A stretch of DNA of 64,000 bases from Bigelowiella natans CCMP2755 (lineage: Eukaryota > Protista > Cercozoa), in NCBI GenBank assembly GCA_000320545.1, contig ADNK01000007.1, positions 62,001 to 126,000 of the forward strand. Reading direction: 5' to 3'. Position numbers and translations under genes: made by a program. Under the pieces are notes generated by a model. It was not told where the DNA came from and did no database searches. It was given only the letters and a program-made list of their open reading frames with translations. Below are positions 1 through 12,366 of this stretch, piece by piece. Every line of letters begins with the position of its first letter. Position 1 is the first letter of the stretch.

Positions 1-545
1 GTATTAGAGCCCCTGCCTGCAGATAAAGCATCGCTTTCTATTGTTTCTTCGAACCCGAGGCGGATGGAAACCTTACCCAACCCGCACAAGTTCACTTTGC
101 TGTCCGTGCTGTCCTTCTCCCAACTGTCATCGGCGATGTAATCGTGATTCATTTTGGGAGATTTCCCCCCTAGGCTTTGGATGCATAGATTGCGCCTTTG
201 TAATCGACGCCAATGAAAAACCGGGCCGCACCTCCACCCAACGCCGTCTGATTTTAGATGAAATCCCATCATCGCTGTTTGCCGCCTTGGCAACATCCTA
301 TTTTGCTGAGTGAATGCACTAGTCTTGCTGGGCTCGAGGCACATTATCCGTCTTCCTAATTTTCCTCCTGTGCTCCTCTTTCTCTCTATCCAAACTCCAT
401 CCAAGGATCTGAAAAGTAGCCAGAGTGTGGCCACTGCTATGAGAGCGAAAGCAGCATGTGAACGCCCACGACTCCTCACCCTGAAGATGGCGGGAGTTGG
501 GGCGGCCGTCCCGACTTTCAACTCTCGAATATACACCCCGTGCAT
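1..545 (-). CDS. 5' part of an unknown protein with a bipartite (signal + transit-like) leader; runs off the window edge
   Basis: The frame is open from ATG 545 to base 1 with no stop, so it is missing from the ORF track. It reads MHGVYIRELK...RSRGRSHAAFALIAVATLWLLFRS (hydrophobic core), an Arg-rich segment (...HWRRLQRRNLCIQS), then acidic sequence (DYIADDSWEKDSTD). Confidence 0.6.
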   Translation of the reverse strand, partial: MHGVYIRELKVGTAAPTPAIFRVRSRGRSHAAFALIAVATLWLLFRSLDGVWIERKRSTGGKLGRRIMCLEPSKTSAFTQQNRMLPRRQTAMMGFHLKSDGVGWRCGPVFHWRRLQRRNLCIQSLGGKSPKMNHDYIADDSWEKDSTDSKVNLCGLGKVSIRLGFEETIESDALSAGRGSN

Positions 546-1068
546 TCACGGGGTGCGTTGGATACATTCATGGGGTAATCGATCTGTGGATGGAGAGGAG
601 GAGGAGAGGTGTTGCCTGCCGCATGCACAGGTCCCTTTTTTGGAATATATGTTCGGTCGGAAAAAGGCTGCTGTTGTTTCCCTGCTCACTTGCGACATTG
701 AAATTATGTTGTCGCACATTCCTAAACCAATGCCTTCTCCGCAACGCAATCCCCAAAATAGCCGCACAGAATAGTTTGTCCAGAAATAGGTGGGGATTAC
801 GAGGAAAGACAATGTATTTCCTTGTCGCGATACAGGAATACCACCCTAGCCCTTGGTCCGTCACCAGAGCTGCTCACTGGGCCGTGAAGACAGACTCAAC
901 GTACGAGTAGAGCAGAGTATGGCGCACCAAAATAACAGCTTACCACGTCAGGGAGAAATGACGGATTGGGAGATAGAGCGAGGGTGATAGGGACATGTGT
1001 GCTTCTTCGAAATTCTTCTCGATGGCATGGGAGACTCTAAATTCTCTATTTTTCTATACATAGTTAGG

Positions 1069-1278
1069 ATGCTTAGTGCTGCTTACCGGTGGGTGAAGAA
1101 CACGCTGCCTAAAACTCAGACGGCGTGGCTAAAGGTCATGTGGACGGTTGGGCTCTTCGTAGGGGGAAGCCTTGCAATCTACAATTTTGAAGATGTGAGA
1201 GTTGCAATGATTGGCGAAGACACTGCTGCCGCCGAGGGCAAATCCGATAAACCTAAGACACTACCACCCCCAATGTAG
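1069..1278 (+). CDS. Small single-pass membrane protein (69 aa), function unknown
   Basis: ATG at 1069 within ORF 997-1278; MLSAAYRWVKNTLPKTQTAWLKVMWTVGLFVGGSLAIYNFED... has one TM helix; non-repetitive coding-like sequence. Confidence 0.6.
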   Translation: MLSAAYRWVKNTLPKTQTAWLKVMWTVGLFVGGSLAIYNFEDVRVAMIGEDTAAAEGKSDKPKTLPPPM

Positions 1279-2263
1279 ATCTGAGCTATGATGCTTCAAG
1301 ATTATTGAAGCCAGCTGTCAATTGTGAGAGAATGCTTGGTTCGCCGCTATGTACCTAGTTTATTAATCCCAGAGTGCATTCGTGCGTATCTTGCACAAAC
1401 CACTTCGTCCAGAATTCAGAGTTTACATTAGACAGTCCTTAAGCAAACGAATAGTGAATGCGTCATGCAAAATTATTGTCAGTGTTAGCAAAAGTACAAA
1501 TTTACCCTACTAAAATTTATCGCCGCGTCTGTACTTGCTTATTGTTGCTGTACACGACTTCATGCTTGCTTGTACTGTGCGTAGTAGTACTATCTACGTG
1601 ACACATCATCATACGACTGTTTACACTCACACAGACATTCATCCTAAATACGCACCATATATATATACAAACAAAATGCAAATAGATGCACACATCGTGC
1701 GGACTTGATGTACGTACGTGCAGGGGATGACATATAGACAACACGATATGCATGTACATTACAATAATTACAATTACGATACGCGATGCAAATTGTAGCC
1801 TTAAGTCTATATGCTACCTAGCTACACCCATATGACAAGAATATGCATTCAATATATCTAGACACACTTAGATTTGTACACACGTGACACGCACGGTCGA
1901 TTGCGACTATTAGAGCTAAGCTGCGCCGCAAGCACCTTCATTTATGTGCGCTACTATTAGTTCAGTGCGCATCGTGCATGCATCAAGCTGAAGGCGATTT
2001 TCGGAACACATTCAGATATAGATAAACTTCTATGGATAGTATAATATGGCATCCTTCATTGTTTTATGTGTTTATTTGTAGAAATATGGTTATGTATATA
2101 TGCTTCAAGCTCTGCAGTCTGACGTAATAACTACGAGCATCCAAGAAAATCATTGACGATATCGACGGAGTTATGAGTATCATGAACGCCGACCGTATTC
2201 GTTTGAAATGCAGCTTTTCGTTATCTAATTTTGGAGCTTGTGTGTAATGCAATCATCACTCGT

Positions 2264-2522
2264 TTACCAATAGGTCGGCGCCGGCGTCGGTGCCTGTGTT
2301 AGGCAACACAAAAATAAAGTTACTCTTGGAATCATCGCCATTACTTATGGAAAAACTAACAATTCACAAGTGTGCATCCGCTCAAACCTTTGGCGAAGCC
2401 TCTCCACGAGTTGCTCGAATCATTAACTTCGGCCTTATCTGTGCAGTAGGAGGAGGAGGCGGAAATGATGCTTGGTGGTCGGAAGTTTTGAGGGAAAATT
2501 AAAGTGTTGATGCCGCACATAT

Positions 2523-2553
<31 letters not shown>

Positions 2554-3309
2554 GCGCGCGCGCACACACTGATTCACTAGGACGCTTGTATGCACGAATA
2601 CACTGCATTACCCCTTGCTGTTTGAGTGTTTGCGCCATTGCATGGCCACGATGCCAGTCGTAAGATGCCTGGAAACCAGAGAGGAAAGTCATGACGATGA
2701 TCACGTAGACGCCCGCCCCCCCTCTCTAACCCTCCCCTTCCCTCTCTTTTATCCTTGTCCAATCTCTCACCGAGTAAGCGAACAGTGTGCCATCTGCGTT
2801 GAACGCGCAAGAGGAAACGGGCATGGAAGACCGTGCTGACATCTTCAATCTAATTCGTGAAAGATAACACAGCAAAGAAGCTATGACCAATGTGCATGTA
2901 CGATTGTGCCGATGACCGCGTGTATTTGGAGGGGATGAGCGAATCAGCAATGCAATTGTGGATCTCCCTCTCTTTTCGGTGGCGAGAAAGCAAGGACCTC
3001 GACTTGGAATCTTTGTCCCAGAAGCAAAAGCTACCATCAGATCCAACGGTTGCGAGGGTACCGGACTGCGGGTGGAGGGGAACATCAACACAGTCACATC
3101 ATCATCATCATTATTACCATCATAACTTGCATCATTGAATCAATGAATGTTTTTGGCGTTCGAGAAGCAGCGGAACAGAGGGAGATAGACGGAAGGTAAA
3201 TTCTTGTTATTCCAAAGATGAGGGGGTGACAGCAGCAGCAGCAGCAGCAAGCAGCAAGCAGATACTCTACCGGATGAAATGCGATATCGTTGACAGGATA
3301 CACCTCACT

Positions 3310-3344
<35 letters not shown>

Positions 3345-3551
3345 TATAATCAATTAAGCATTTTAATAAATATATATTATTATTGTCAATTTAGTAGCGA
3401 TGATGACGATAATAATAATTGCGAGCATGACTTCTTATTGGAATCCTCGCAAACAAAGAAATAGAGAAGCAATTGTGTGACGGAGAGAGCGGTTTGTGCA
3501 ACAACAGCACTCTCTTCGGCAGCATTTTTAACTTCTTTTGCATCATCATTG

Positions 3552-3582
<31 letters not shown>

Positions 3583-3779
3583 GACATTCAAAATTGTTAT
3601 ATAACCAGTTGTTGGGCATCGTGCCTTGGGTATTGACTCGGTGACATTTGAACGCAAAATTCTTCTTCGTGTCTTCAGTCATCGCAAACACACCATGAAT
3701 CATTTCACATGCACGTTGTGTGTGTTTGTTGGCGTGTATCGTGGCCGTGTTATTTGATTTGATTTGATTTGATGTGTGT

Positions 3780-3818
<39 letters not shown>

Positions 3819-4491
3819 GCGATTGTTGTTCAAATAAAGAACAAACGCTTACCTGCTTCGCTAATGTACTCGACGCTGACCCGGCCTTCATTTGCACCTT
3901 TGTGTTTCCATGTGATGAGTTATTCTGAAACGTCACTGCGTATCTTCGTTATATCATGTTTGGCCAAGTACCTATGCAGCAACCCTTACAATCGCGGAAA
4001 ATGCTGACGCTAAAATTAGGGGGGGAGAGGGATTACGGTACAAGGAGTGAGTTTCAATTCATGGTGATGATAGAGCCGGTATTTTGCCGAAGAATACTGA
4101 TAACTCTTTATCCTGATTCATCGGCGTATTTTCCATTGCCCATGATAGCATTTTGCTCATCGATGCTCTTACTTACCCAACGTTCCAAAACTCAAGCGAA
4201 AATGCCGTTATATTTGTCCTGTGAGGCGACCAATGCACTCTCGCAGGACAAAAACGAATCGATATTTTCAGTGCTGTATTGTTATTGTTCCTATGTGTTG
4301 CTTCTTTGACCTTCGCAGTTGGCTCTTTAGTTGTGAGACTTTCTCCTTTGAACATGGCATTGTTTGTCAGTGGCGTGATTTACACGTCGTTGCTATATTT
4401 GGAAATCGCCATCTTCATCATCAGCATTCCCGTATCGACCACCACCAGCATAAGAAGTAGCATCTACTACGACTAAAAACGTTATAGCTCA

Positions 4492-4525
<34 letters not shown>

Positions 4526-7071
4526 GCTGGTGGTGGTGGTGGTGGTGGTGGTGGGTGAGTCTTGCTGTACTATTATCAACCTTGAATGGCTGAGCTGGAT
4601 TGTTGAGGTCGTAAATGATGATCTTTCTGTCGCTTGTGCAGACAACCTTGCACGGATCGAACATAACAAATAGTTACGGCGATGCAGAGAGTAAGGACAG
4701 TAACAGCAGCAGCAGCAGGAGGAGGAGGAGGAGGAGGAGGAGGAGGATGAGAGAAGAGGGAAAAACAGCATCATTTTGTGCGATATAGTTTGGTCTTTTG
4801 GCCCTTCGTTTTTATAATCATTCTTTTTCTTTTTCTTCTTCTTCTTCTTCTTCTTCTTCTTCTTCTTCTTCGTTATCACCATAACAGCTCCACGCACATC
4901 CATCGCGTAGACCTTCGAGTTCCCTTTGAACAGCGGGCAAACAGCAAACAACCACACGTTTAGATCAACAACCAAGCCCACGTGCTTCAGCGCACATATT
5001 CGGGTCGTGCGAAGAAACCCCTCGCCTGATCTCACCTGGCAATCTGATGGTGTGGAGAAGCTGGGGCGCTGCAGGTGACGATGGTGATGGCGGCGGTGCA
5101 GAGACGTCCCAAAACTTAATTGTTCCATCGTAAGATCCCGTAATCACTAACGACATAGAGATCATTTGACGAAGCACACGATGATAAACCATCTCCAAAG
5201 ACAACGCAGATCTTGTGTATGTATACACCCCACACGATATTGATGCTCTCTCCATTCATGCGGTTAGGAGATGCTGATGGGTGTCTATGACTAACAACGT
5301 CATCATTATTGCGGTTATCTTCATCATCGTCGTTATCTTCATCATCGTAACGTTCTTCTTCACCCACCGCATGGCCTCGGCATATCGGACCAGAAAATCC
5401 TCTTGATCGGAGCATCGTGCTTTGCGATCTTAAATAATCATGAATGTGTGGTGGATGGAAGAGAAAGAGAGGCGGAGGAAGAGAGGATTATGGACGAGGA
5501 AAAGGGGTTTGAATGCAATAAGACGATAAATGTGACGTTAAACATGCTCGTTAGATTCCAAGGTTCGGTTATTGACACGTCATCATCCACCAGACAAAGT
5601 CAGTGAGGAGGCTATGAGGGTATGCCACTACCACTAGTACTACTACTACTACTACTACTATCATCTCTATGGTCATCAAGTACCGGTCTTATCTGGTTGT
5701 TATTCAACGTCCAGATGTATCTGAGAAAGGGGGAGGAGGAAAGATGGAAACCGCCAAAGATCATCATCGAAGCAGACGATTGAGGAGGAAAAGAAGGAGA
5801 ATTGTTATAATCTTTGTTCCACATTCCTACACATCTACCAATTCTGATATATAATGACATAAAGATCTCTTCTCAACAAAAGTTGTCAAGACTGTCGAAA
5901 TAATCTCGACCCTGTGTTGTCGCAGCCTCCGATGAGTATAGCAGTCCCGTCGCTTTTCCAATTACAACTGATGAACGAGTACAAGGAAAGGATAGAAGAT
6001 GATGCTGATGACGACACGGTAACAATACACTGAACTCCCTTCGAGGAGACATTGCAATTGAACATGAAAATAAATCTAGGTTCCAACAAGCCCAGATGAT
6101 AGGGAATAACTCTGTTTTCGCTATTACCAGAGTGGTGGAGCTTGGAGCTGCTGCATTGCTATCGGATTGCCTAATCCAGCAAATCCAATCATATAATATT
6201 TACACATTACATTTTTGATGTTGATAGAACACAATATTTAGCAATCACATCCACGTCCTTGGTTCCTGTATTGTTTGTAAAATGATTCATCTATCTCTTC
6301 CCCATCTCTGTGCTCTATTCCCCCTCCCAAGTTCGTTGTACGCACTATGCACTGTAGGCTGCCCTTGCTGGCGTGCCTGGCCAAAGGAAGTCTGGAAACT
6401 ACTGGGAGCGTTGTTAGCGTTCATGCTCACTTCCCAGCACCTGTATGTTATTATCAATATAATATTTACGCGTGCGATCGATGGGGTATGCCAGTGGAGC
6501 AAGGCAGCGAGAATAATGGCGATGAAACCCACCTGACAGTTTTGTCCCACGACGTTGCCACGAGATAGGTCTTCCCAACCAACCCAGCAGCGTTGGGGGG
6601 GGAGAACGCCAGACACGAGATGTCATCAACAGGGGGGTTGGACGCCTCATGGTCGTTCTCTGGGTTCGCTTTCTACAATATATAACCAGTTGTCCAGTTG
6701 GTAAGCAAGTTAGAGAGAGATGGTACACAATATCCTTCACCTATTTTCATACGTATCCAAGATATATGACAACATACCACCTGGTTTGCAGCATTAGGGA
6801 CATTACTGAAGGCTGTTGATTGTTGCTGCTGCTGTGATGTGCCCGCGGTGCTTCCCCCTCCCCATGATCCGGATAGCCATGATCCTCCCCGGAGTCGCAG
6901 TAGCCTAGCTTTCTTGCTCCATGTGCTTTCTCTACTCCGTACACCCACCTTGCGCTTTAGCAAGGGTCCTTTTAGTTCCCTCGTATCTACACGATAGAAG
7001 GTGCAGCTCCATAGACACAGGAGCAGGAGCGGAAGCCGGGGGAGGGGCGCGGAGAGCCAGGACGACCCCAT
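2264..7071 (-). CDS. RAE1: mRNA export factor Rae1/Gle2 (WD40) with N-terminal bipartite leader; about 20 exons
   Basis: Phase-consistent GT-AG exons: 7071-6781, 6672-6533, 6440-6346, 6170-6128, 5967-5911, 5720-5684, 5428-5368, 5146-5036, 4923-4880, 4646-4581, 4345-4311, 4009-3972, 3897-3853, 3672-3606, 3307-3271, 3065-2998, 2849-2771, 2668-2612, 2438-2388, 2293-2264. Rae1 motifs: PPVDDISCLAFSP, LVATSWDKTVRCWEV, KHDAPIK, ITGSYDGTIKFWD, EGRVSVEYI, NFAFKCHR, VYPVNDIAFHP, GTLATVGSDGSFCFWDKDSK, FAYSASYDWHRGH. Confidence 0.95.
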
Positions 7072-7312
7072 TGCCCTAGCCCGGTTCGTCGTTGTTGTTT
7101 ATGTTGTTTCCAAACTTTTGGATATTATCTGGTGATATTATTTCCTGGAAAATTCATATCTGAAATTCCGAATCCCGAAGTGGGTTCGGGGGAAGTTCCT
7201 CCTGGCCTTGTACGATGTCTTCAGGGATAAAAAGTTATCCAAAATCATGCACAGTTTCTGGGAAATATATAGGAAGTTTCCGGCGTTTCATTTATCCTAG
7301 ATGATTTCACAA
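7072..7312. promoter_or_regulatory. Putative bidirectional promoter between RAE1 and the YqeH-like gene
   Basis: 241 bp between divergent ATGs; no microsatellites; contains TTTCCTGGAAA (7141-7151) and several TTCCG/GGAAG words. Confidence 0.55.
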
Positions 7313-8507
7313 ATGGGGCCGCTGATAGGGCCGCTCCTCGCGGGTATGGTACTTGCCATCCCTCCGCGTGGAAGCTGGGCTCGGGCGGAGGGAAGCATTG
7401 GACCCACTCGCTCCAGCTTTCTGCACCATTTCGTGACACCTACGAGGCATTTCACGCCGAAAAATCCCGTAATATTCACCCACATTGATGATTTTAAAGA
7501 AGTAGAGGGAGGTGCCTTTCTGCCATCCGAGCAAGACTATCTGCTGCTGCTGCTGCTGCTGCTGTTTGCCATAACAATTCGCCCCCTTGCTTGTTAACAA
7601 AAAAAGGACCTTTGCTCTCTATACCCTCCCATTTCCGGTTATGGAATCCGGCGGCGGCAGCAAATGAGACTCCCCATACGCTGCATGGAAGAGGATAAAC
7701 CTACGAATAATAACCCCACAACTAACCAGAACAAAAAGTTCAAGGTCTCCCACGACTCATATTTCACGCAGATGCATACTGTAGATAATAACTGCTTATT
7801 TAGAATACTCTGTAATCTGTCACAATGTACGTTAGGGAATTGGAGCAGATGATATCATTCTCACAAACATGGATTCGAAGGGGTACCTTGAAGAGGTGCG
7901 CTACCACAACAGCTGGCTACTGCTGCATTCAATTAATTGAATGCATACATCTCTTGTCGATTATAGATCTACGCATAATGCAGTACAATTCTAAAATGCT
8001 ACCATCTGACCATGAGGCAAAAGTCTCAAGCTAGCTTTTATCCTGATAAAATAGGAGAGAAGGGCAATGAGGGAAAGGGAGCAACGAAGAGTCGAAGAAC
8101 GTGGCATCGACGACTGGGAGGAAGAAGGATGGGAAATGGGTAGGAGAGAAAGGGGGAGACGCAATTCAAAAACTACTTCTCGGCCTTCTTCATCTTCGTC
8201 TTCTTCGTCTTCGGCGCGGCTACAATCTCTTAGCATACAACCGGATCGAAGGGTGTTTCATTAATCGTTAAGAAGAACACGAATTTCATATAAAATATGG
8301 AGGATAATAACTTAGAGAGCAAAATCATGAGTGGCATTACGAAAAAACCATCGACGATGACCATGACAACATTTCCATACGGATTACTGAGCTATCTTAC
8401 ACCACCCACAACATCATGTTCAGAAATGTGGAGGATGCGGTGCCGCTCTGCAAACATCGAACAGTCGTCAACCGGGTTATCTTCCTCCCACGGTACTACT
8501 ACTGTTG

Positions 8508-8543
<36 letters not shown>

Positions 8544-8938
8544 TTACCACTGCACCGCTGCCACCATAATTCAGCAGCTAGCTCGTAGCAGCACGGCGAA
8601 GTAAAGCTTTGAACGCCCGGAGATTTCCGACATGCACTCGAACAAGCTTCCACCTAGAAGCACCGATTTCTGGGCTACATGCTGTTATTGTAGGTGTCAT
8701 ATGGAAAAAGTTATCCCCTGTCCCCCTCCTTTTTCCATTCTCAGGTTTTCATAAACTACGAGCGGGATCTGCTCTTTGGCGACACGGCAGAGGATGAATT
8801 GGAATATGAGGCAGAAGGAGAGAAGAGAGGGGCCAAGAATGAGAATGAGAATAAGCCGATCATATGTCAGAGGTGCAATCCTGCCCTTTTCCCCTCTTAT
8901 ATTTGCATCCTTCTAATGTTAATCATAGTGTTAGCCAG

Positions 8939-8969
<31 letters not shown>

Positions 8970-9846
8970 GAGGTCCTCCATTAGGGTATTCATGTGTGCA
9001 AAATCGGCGTCAATTTTCCCTCTTATTACTTCTTCTCCCCCCACGCCTCCCCCTCCCCACTCCACTCTGTCTCACCCCTCTCTCTTTCGTCGGCATTCAT
9101 TTCTTTCAAATCTGTGTGGAGGTGCCACAATCTGACTCGGAGATCGAGTGTGGAGAAGGAACTCACCACCCAATGGTATTATTAGATAAGAACTACTCGC
9201 AGGATATCATCCTATTATCTATCGACGATGCGTAGCATAGTATCTGCAGTGCTGCCTCCCAAAAGCGAAGATGAATTATATTATTCCTTTCTCTTGCTTT
9301 CCCCGCCCTCTTCCTAAGCAATACTACGATGTCAACATCCCCCCCTCCCCCCACCCTCCAACCAATGTATTAGGAGCTCTGAATCCAGTCTATCCCCTGA
9401 GCGGTGAGGAATGCTAGTTTAAGCAGTTGCAGATGATGTTGTCGCTAACATTTATTGAAACTGTATCTCTTCTATCTCGTTCTCCCCTCCCTCTCCCTCC
9501 CTCCCTCCCTTCTAATAATAGTGCTTATGCATGATGACTATCAGGTTCAAAGAGCTTATATCGGAGATTCGCAGCAAGGACTGCGTTGTGATATTCGTCG
9601 TTGATTTGTTTGATTTCCACGGCACGTTTCTGAATGATCTCGAGGAGATTGTCGGGGGAAATCCTGTAATTCTCGCCGCTAATAAGGTGAGAAGTTTATC
9701 GGCCTTCAGATCAATCGTGGCGATGACAATCGCATCTGTTTGTTGCCCGCATGTGTTTCGCTCGAAGTATACTGTTATCAAAATCTTCTCTGGAGGATTC
9801 ATAGGCTAGCTGCTAGCATCTTCCTCCTCCTTCTCCTCCTTCTCCT

Positions 9847-9883
<37 letters not shown>

Positions 9884-10287
9884 TACTCATCTCTAGGTTG
9901 ATTTGCTACCGCCTAAAGCTAATCAAGAGAGAACAATCAGATGGATTCGCAGGGAGCTGGTATGTTGTGTTGGTGGTGGATTGTGTACCCTATTCAAACG
10001 ACGTAACATCAACAGCAACAAACCATCATCATCATCATCATCATTATCATCATCATTATCATCATCATCATCATCATCATCCCTTGTTTGGCTATACTTT
10101 TCGCGGTCAGGTGAGGTACCAACAATACCAGCAAAAACGACGACAAAGACAGCGTCGGCAACGTCGGCAGGGCCATGAAGACGAAGATGACAAAGGTGGG
10201 GAAGATCAAGAGCCGCCCCCATTACGCGTCGATAAGATACACCTTATCAGGTATTTGCTCGATTATAAATGCAGCTCCTATCTGCAT

Positions 10288-10330
<43 letters not shown>

Positions 10331-10923
10331 TACACACACACACACACATACAACAAACATCTTTGTCTCACAGTGTTTGTGTCCCTTCTTCCTCTTTTCT
10401 CAATAATGATGGTCATTATTATCCCTACCAAGCTCTATGAAAGGAACCAATGTTAAGGCGGTGTTTGACAACGCGCAGCAGCTCGCGTAAGATTATAAAC
10501 ACAAAACAACTGCAATTACAGTAACACATTGATAAATGACTGATGACGATTAGTGAGGATAGTAAATCCACGCAACACACACAAACACACACACATACAT
10601 ATACGAGGGTAGTACTGAGGCTAGCGTTTCAAGCTCATATCTAAGCATTTATCAGTGGGAGCGACAAGGATATCTACGTGATAGGCGCTGCGAACGTTGG
10701 TAGGAACGATGACGACAACGATGAGCTATTTCTTCTTTCCCCATTCTCCTCCCTCCTCCCTCCTCCTCCTCCTTATGATATATTGAACTGCATCTATAAC
10801 AGCACTCATTCGGCGACATCAACGTTTAAAAGATAGTGTACGATAGTAACACAATAAAAATGTGATGGTTTTGATGGTTTTGCTCTGAAATAGATGGACT
10901 CAACTTTGGGAAAAAATCTAATA

Positions 10924-10960
<37 letters not shown>

Positions 10961-11327
10961 GTGTTTGCGTGGCCATTGCTCTAACGACACAGGGAAGTCC
11001 AGCTTCGTGAACAAGCTACTGAAGATCTCTCAGTGATAAATAAATATATAAATAAATAAATAATACGTGTCTACGATATAAATTGAATAGAGAAATAGCG
11101 ATAATTATAATTATGATGATTATGATTGTGATGATAATAAGGAGGAGGAGGAGGAGGAATTGGGGTTGAAGGACAGAAACAGCCTGTTCGTTCAATTTCT
11201 TCCTCGAGAAAAGAGAGGATGATAAATGGAGATTGTGTTTTATGTCACACCCTCAAACTGCATCATCATCAACACCCACTACTTCTGCTGCTACTACTAG
11301 TCAAACTAATAACAATAATAAGAATAA

Positions 11328-11362
<35 letters not shown>

Positions 11363-11782
11363 GAAATCAATTCTGACATCACGAACAACTACCCCAACTT
11401 TCTCAATACCTATCTAGGGAAATGCGTGAAAAGGAAGAGGCTGCTGCAGCAGCAATAGAGACAGATGCAAATGAGGACGGCAAAGAGATTCTGCAACGGA
11501 TGCTTGATGACGAAGACAACGTGTCCCTAGACCTCGATGACTATCTAGATCTTCCCGATCTGGAGAGGGAAGGGGGAGGAGCCATCGACGAGGATGATGA
11601 TATTATTGATGCCGAAGAGATACGTGCTTGGAGGAGACGGAAGAAGATGAATCGTAGGGCAAAGAAGGAGGGGGGGGGCAAGAAGGATGCGATCTCTATT
11701 AGGTAGTATTAATGCTGTCCTGTGTTGATTACTTATGGTTACGTTCGTGGAGGGTAATGGTGTCGCTCTGGTCTCGTCTATT

Positions 11783-11834
<52 letters not shown>

Positions 11835-12282
11835 CACACACACACACACACACACACAGACAAACGACACTCTATTCTGTGTTGTCGTCATCGTGGTCTA
11901 TCTTCCTTCCTGTGCTGTTGTTTACATTTCTATTGCACCTACCATCGTTATCTCTCATCAGCCGGCTTCCTGGGACAACGTTAGATATGATCCGCATCGC
12001 AATCCAAAGTCAGTACTCCACTCCCCCGGCCCACACACACCATATAGCGAGAATCCTTACACCCTTTGCCCTTCGTGCGTATCTGTTTTGAGCGCTGTTC
12101 TTTTTTTCCGTCTTCTTCTTCTTCTTCTTCTTCTTCTTTATATTCATATTCATATTCATATTCTTCTTTTAGGCGGAACGAACAGTATATACGATACACC
12201 CGGGCTGATAATGCCCTCGCAATTGACTCACAGGCTCCTCCCTCAAGAACTCGAGGTGTGTGTGTGTGTGTGTGTGTGTGTG

Positions 12283-12366
<84 letters not shown>

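Noticed and set aside
6883-7071. Ubiquitin-Rae1 fusion gene
   Set aside because: Only the six-residue tail is present; the upstream 57 aa are signal/transit-like with no ubiquitin-fold motifs.
7595-7597. In-frame TAA in the YqeH leader suggesting readthrough or an alternative genetic code
   Set aside because: Removed by a phase-0 GT-AG intron at 7502-7606; TAA, TAG and TGA all serve as normal stops elsewhere in the window.
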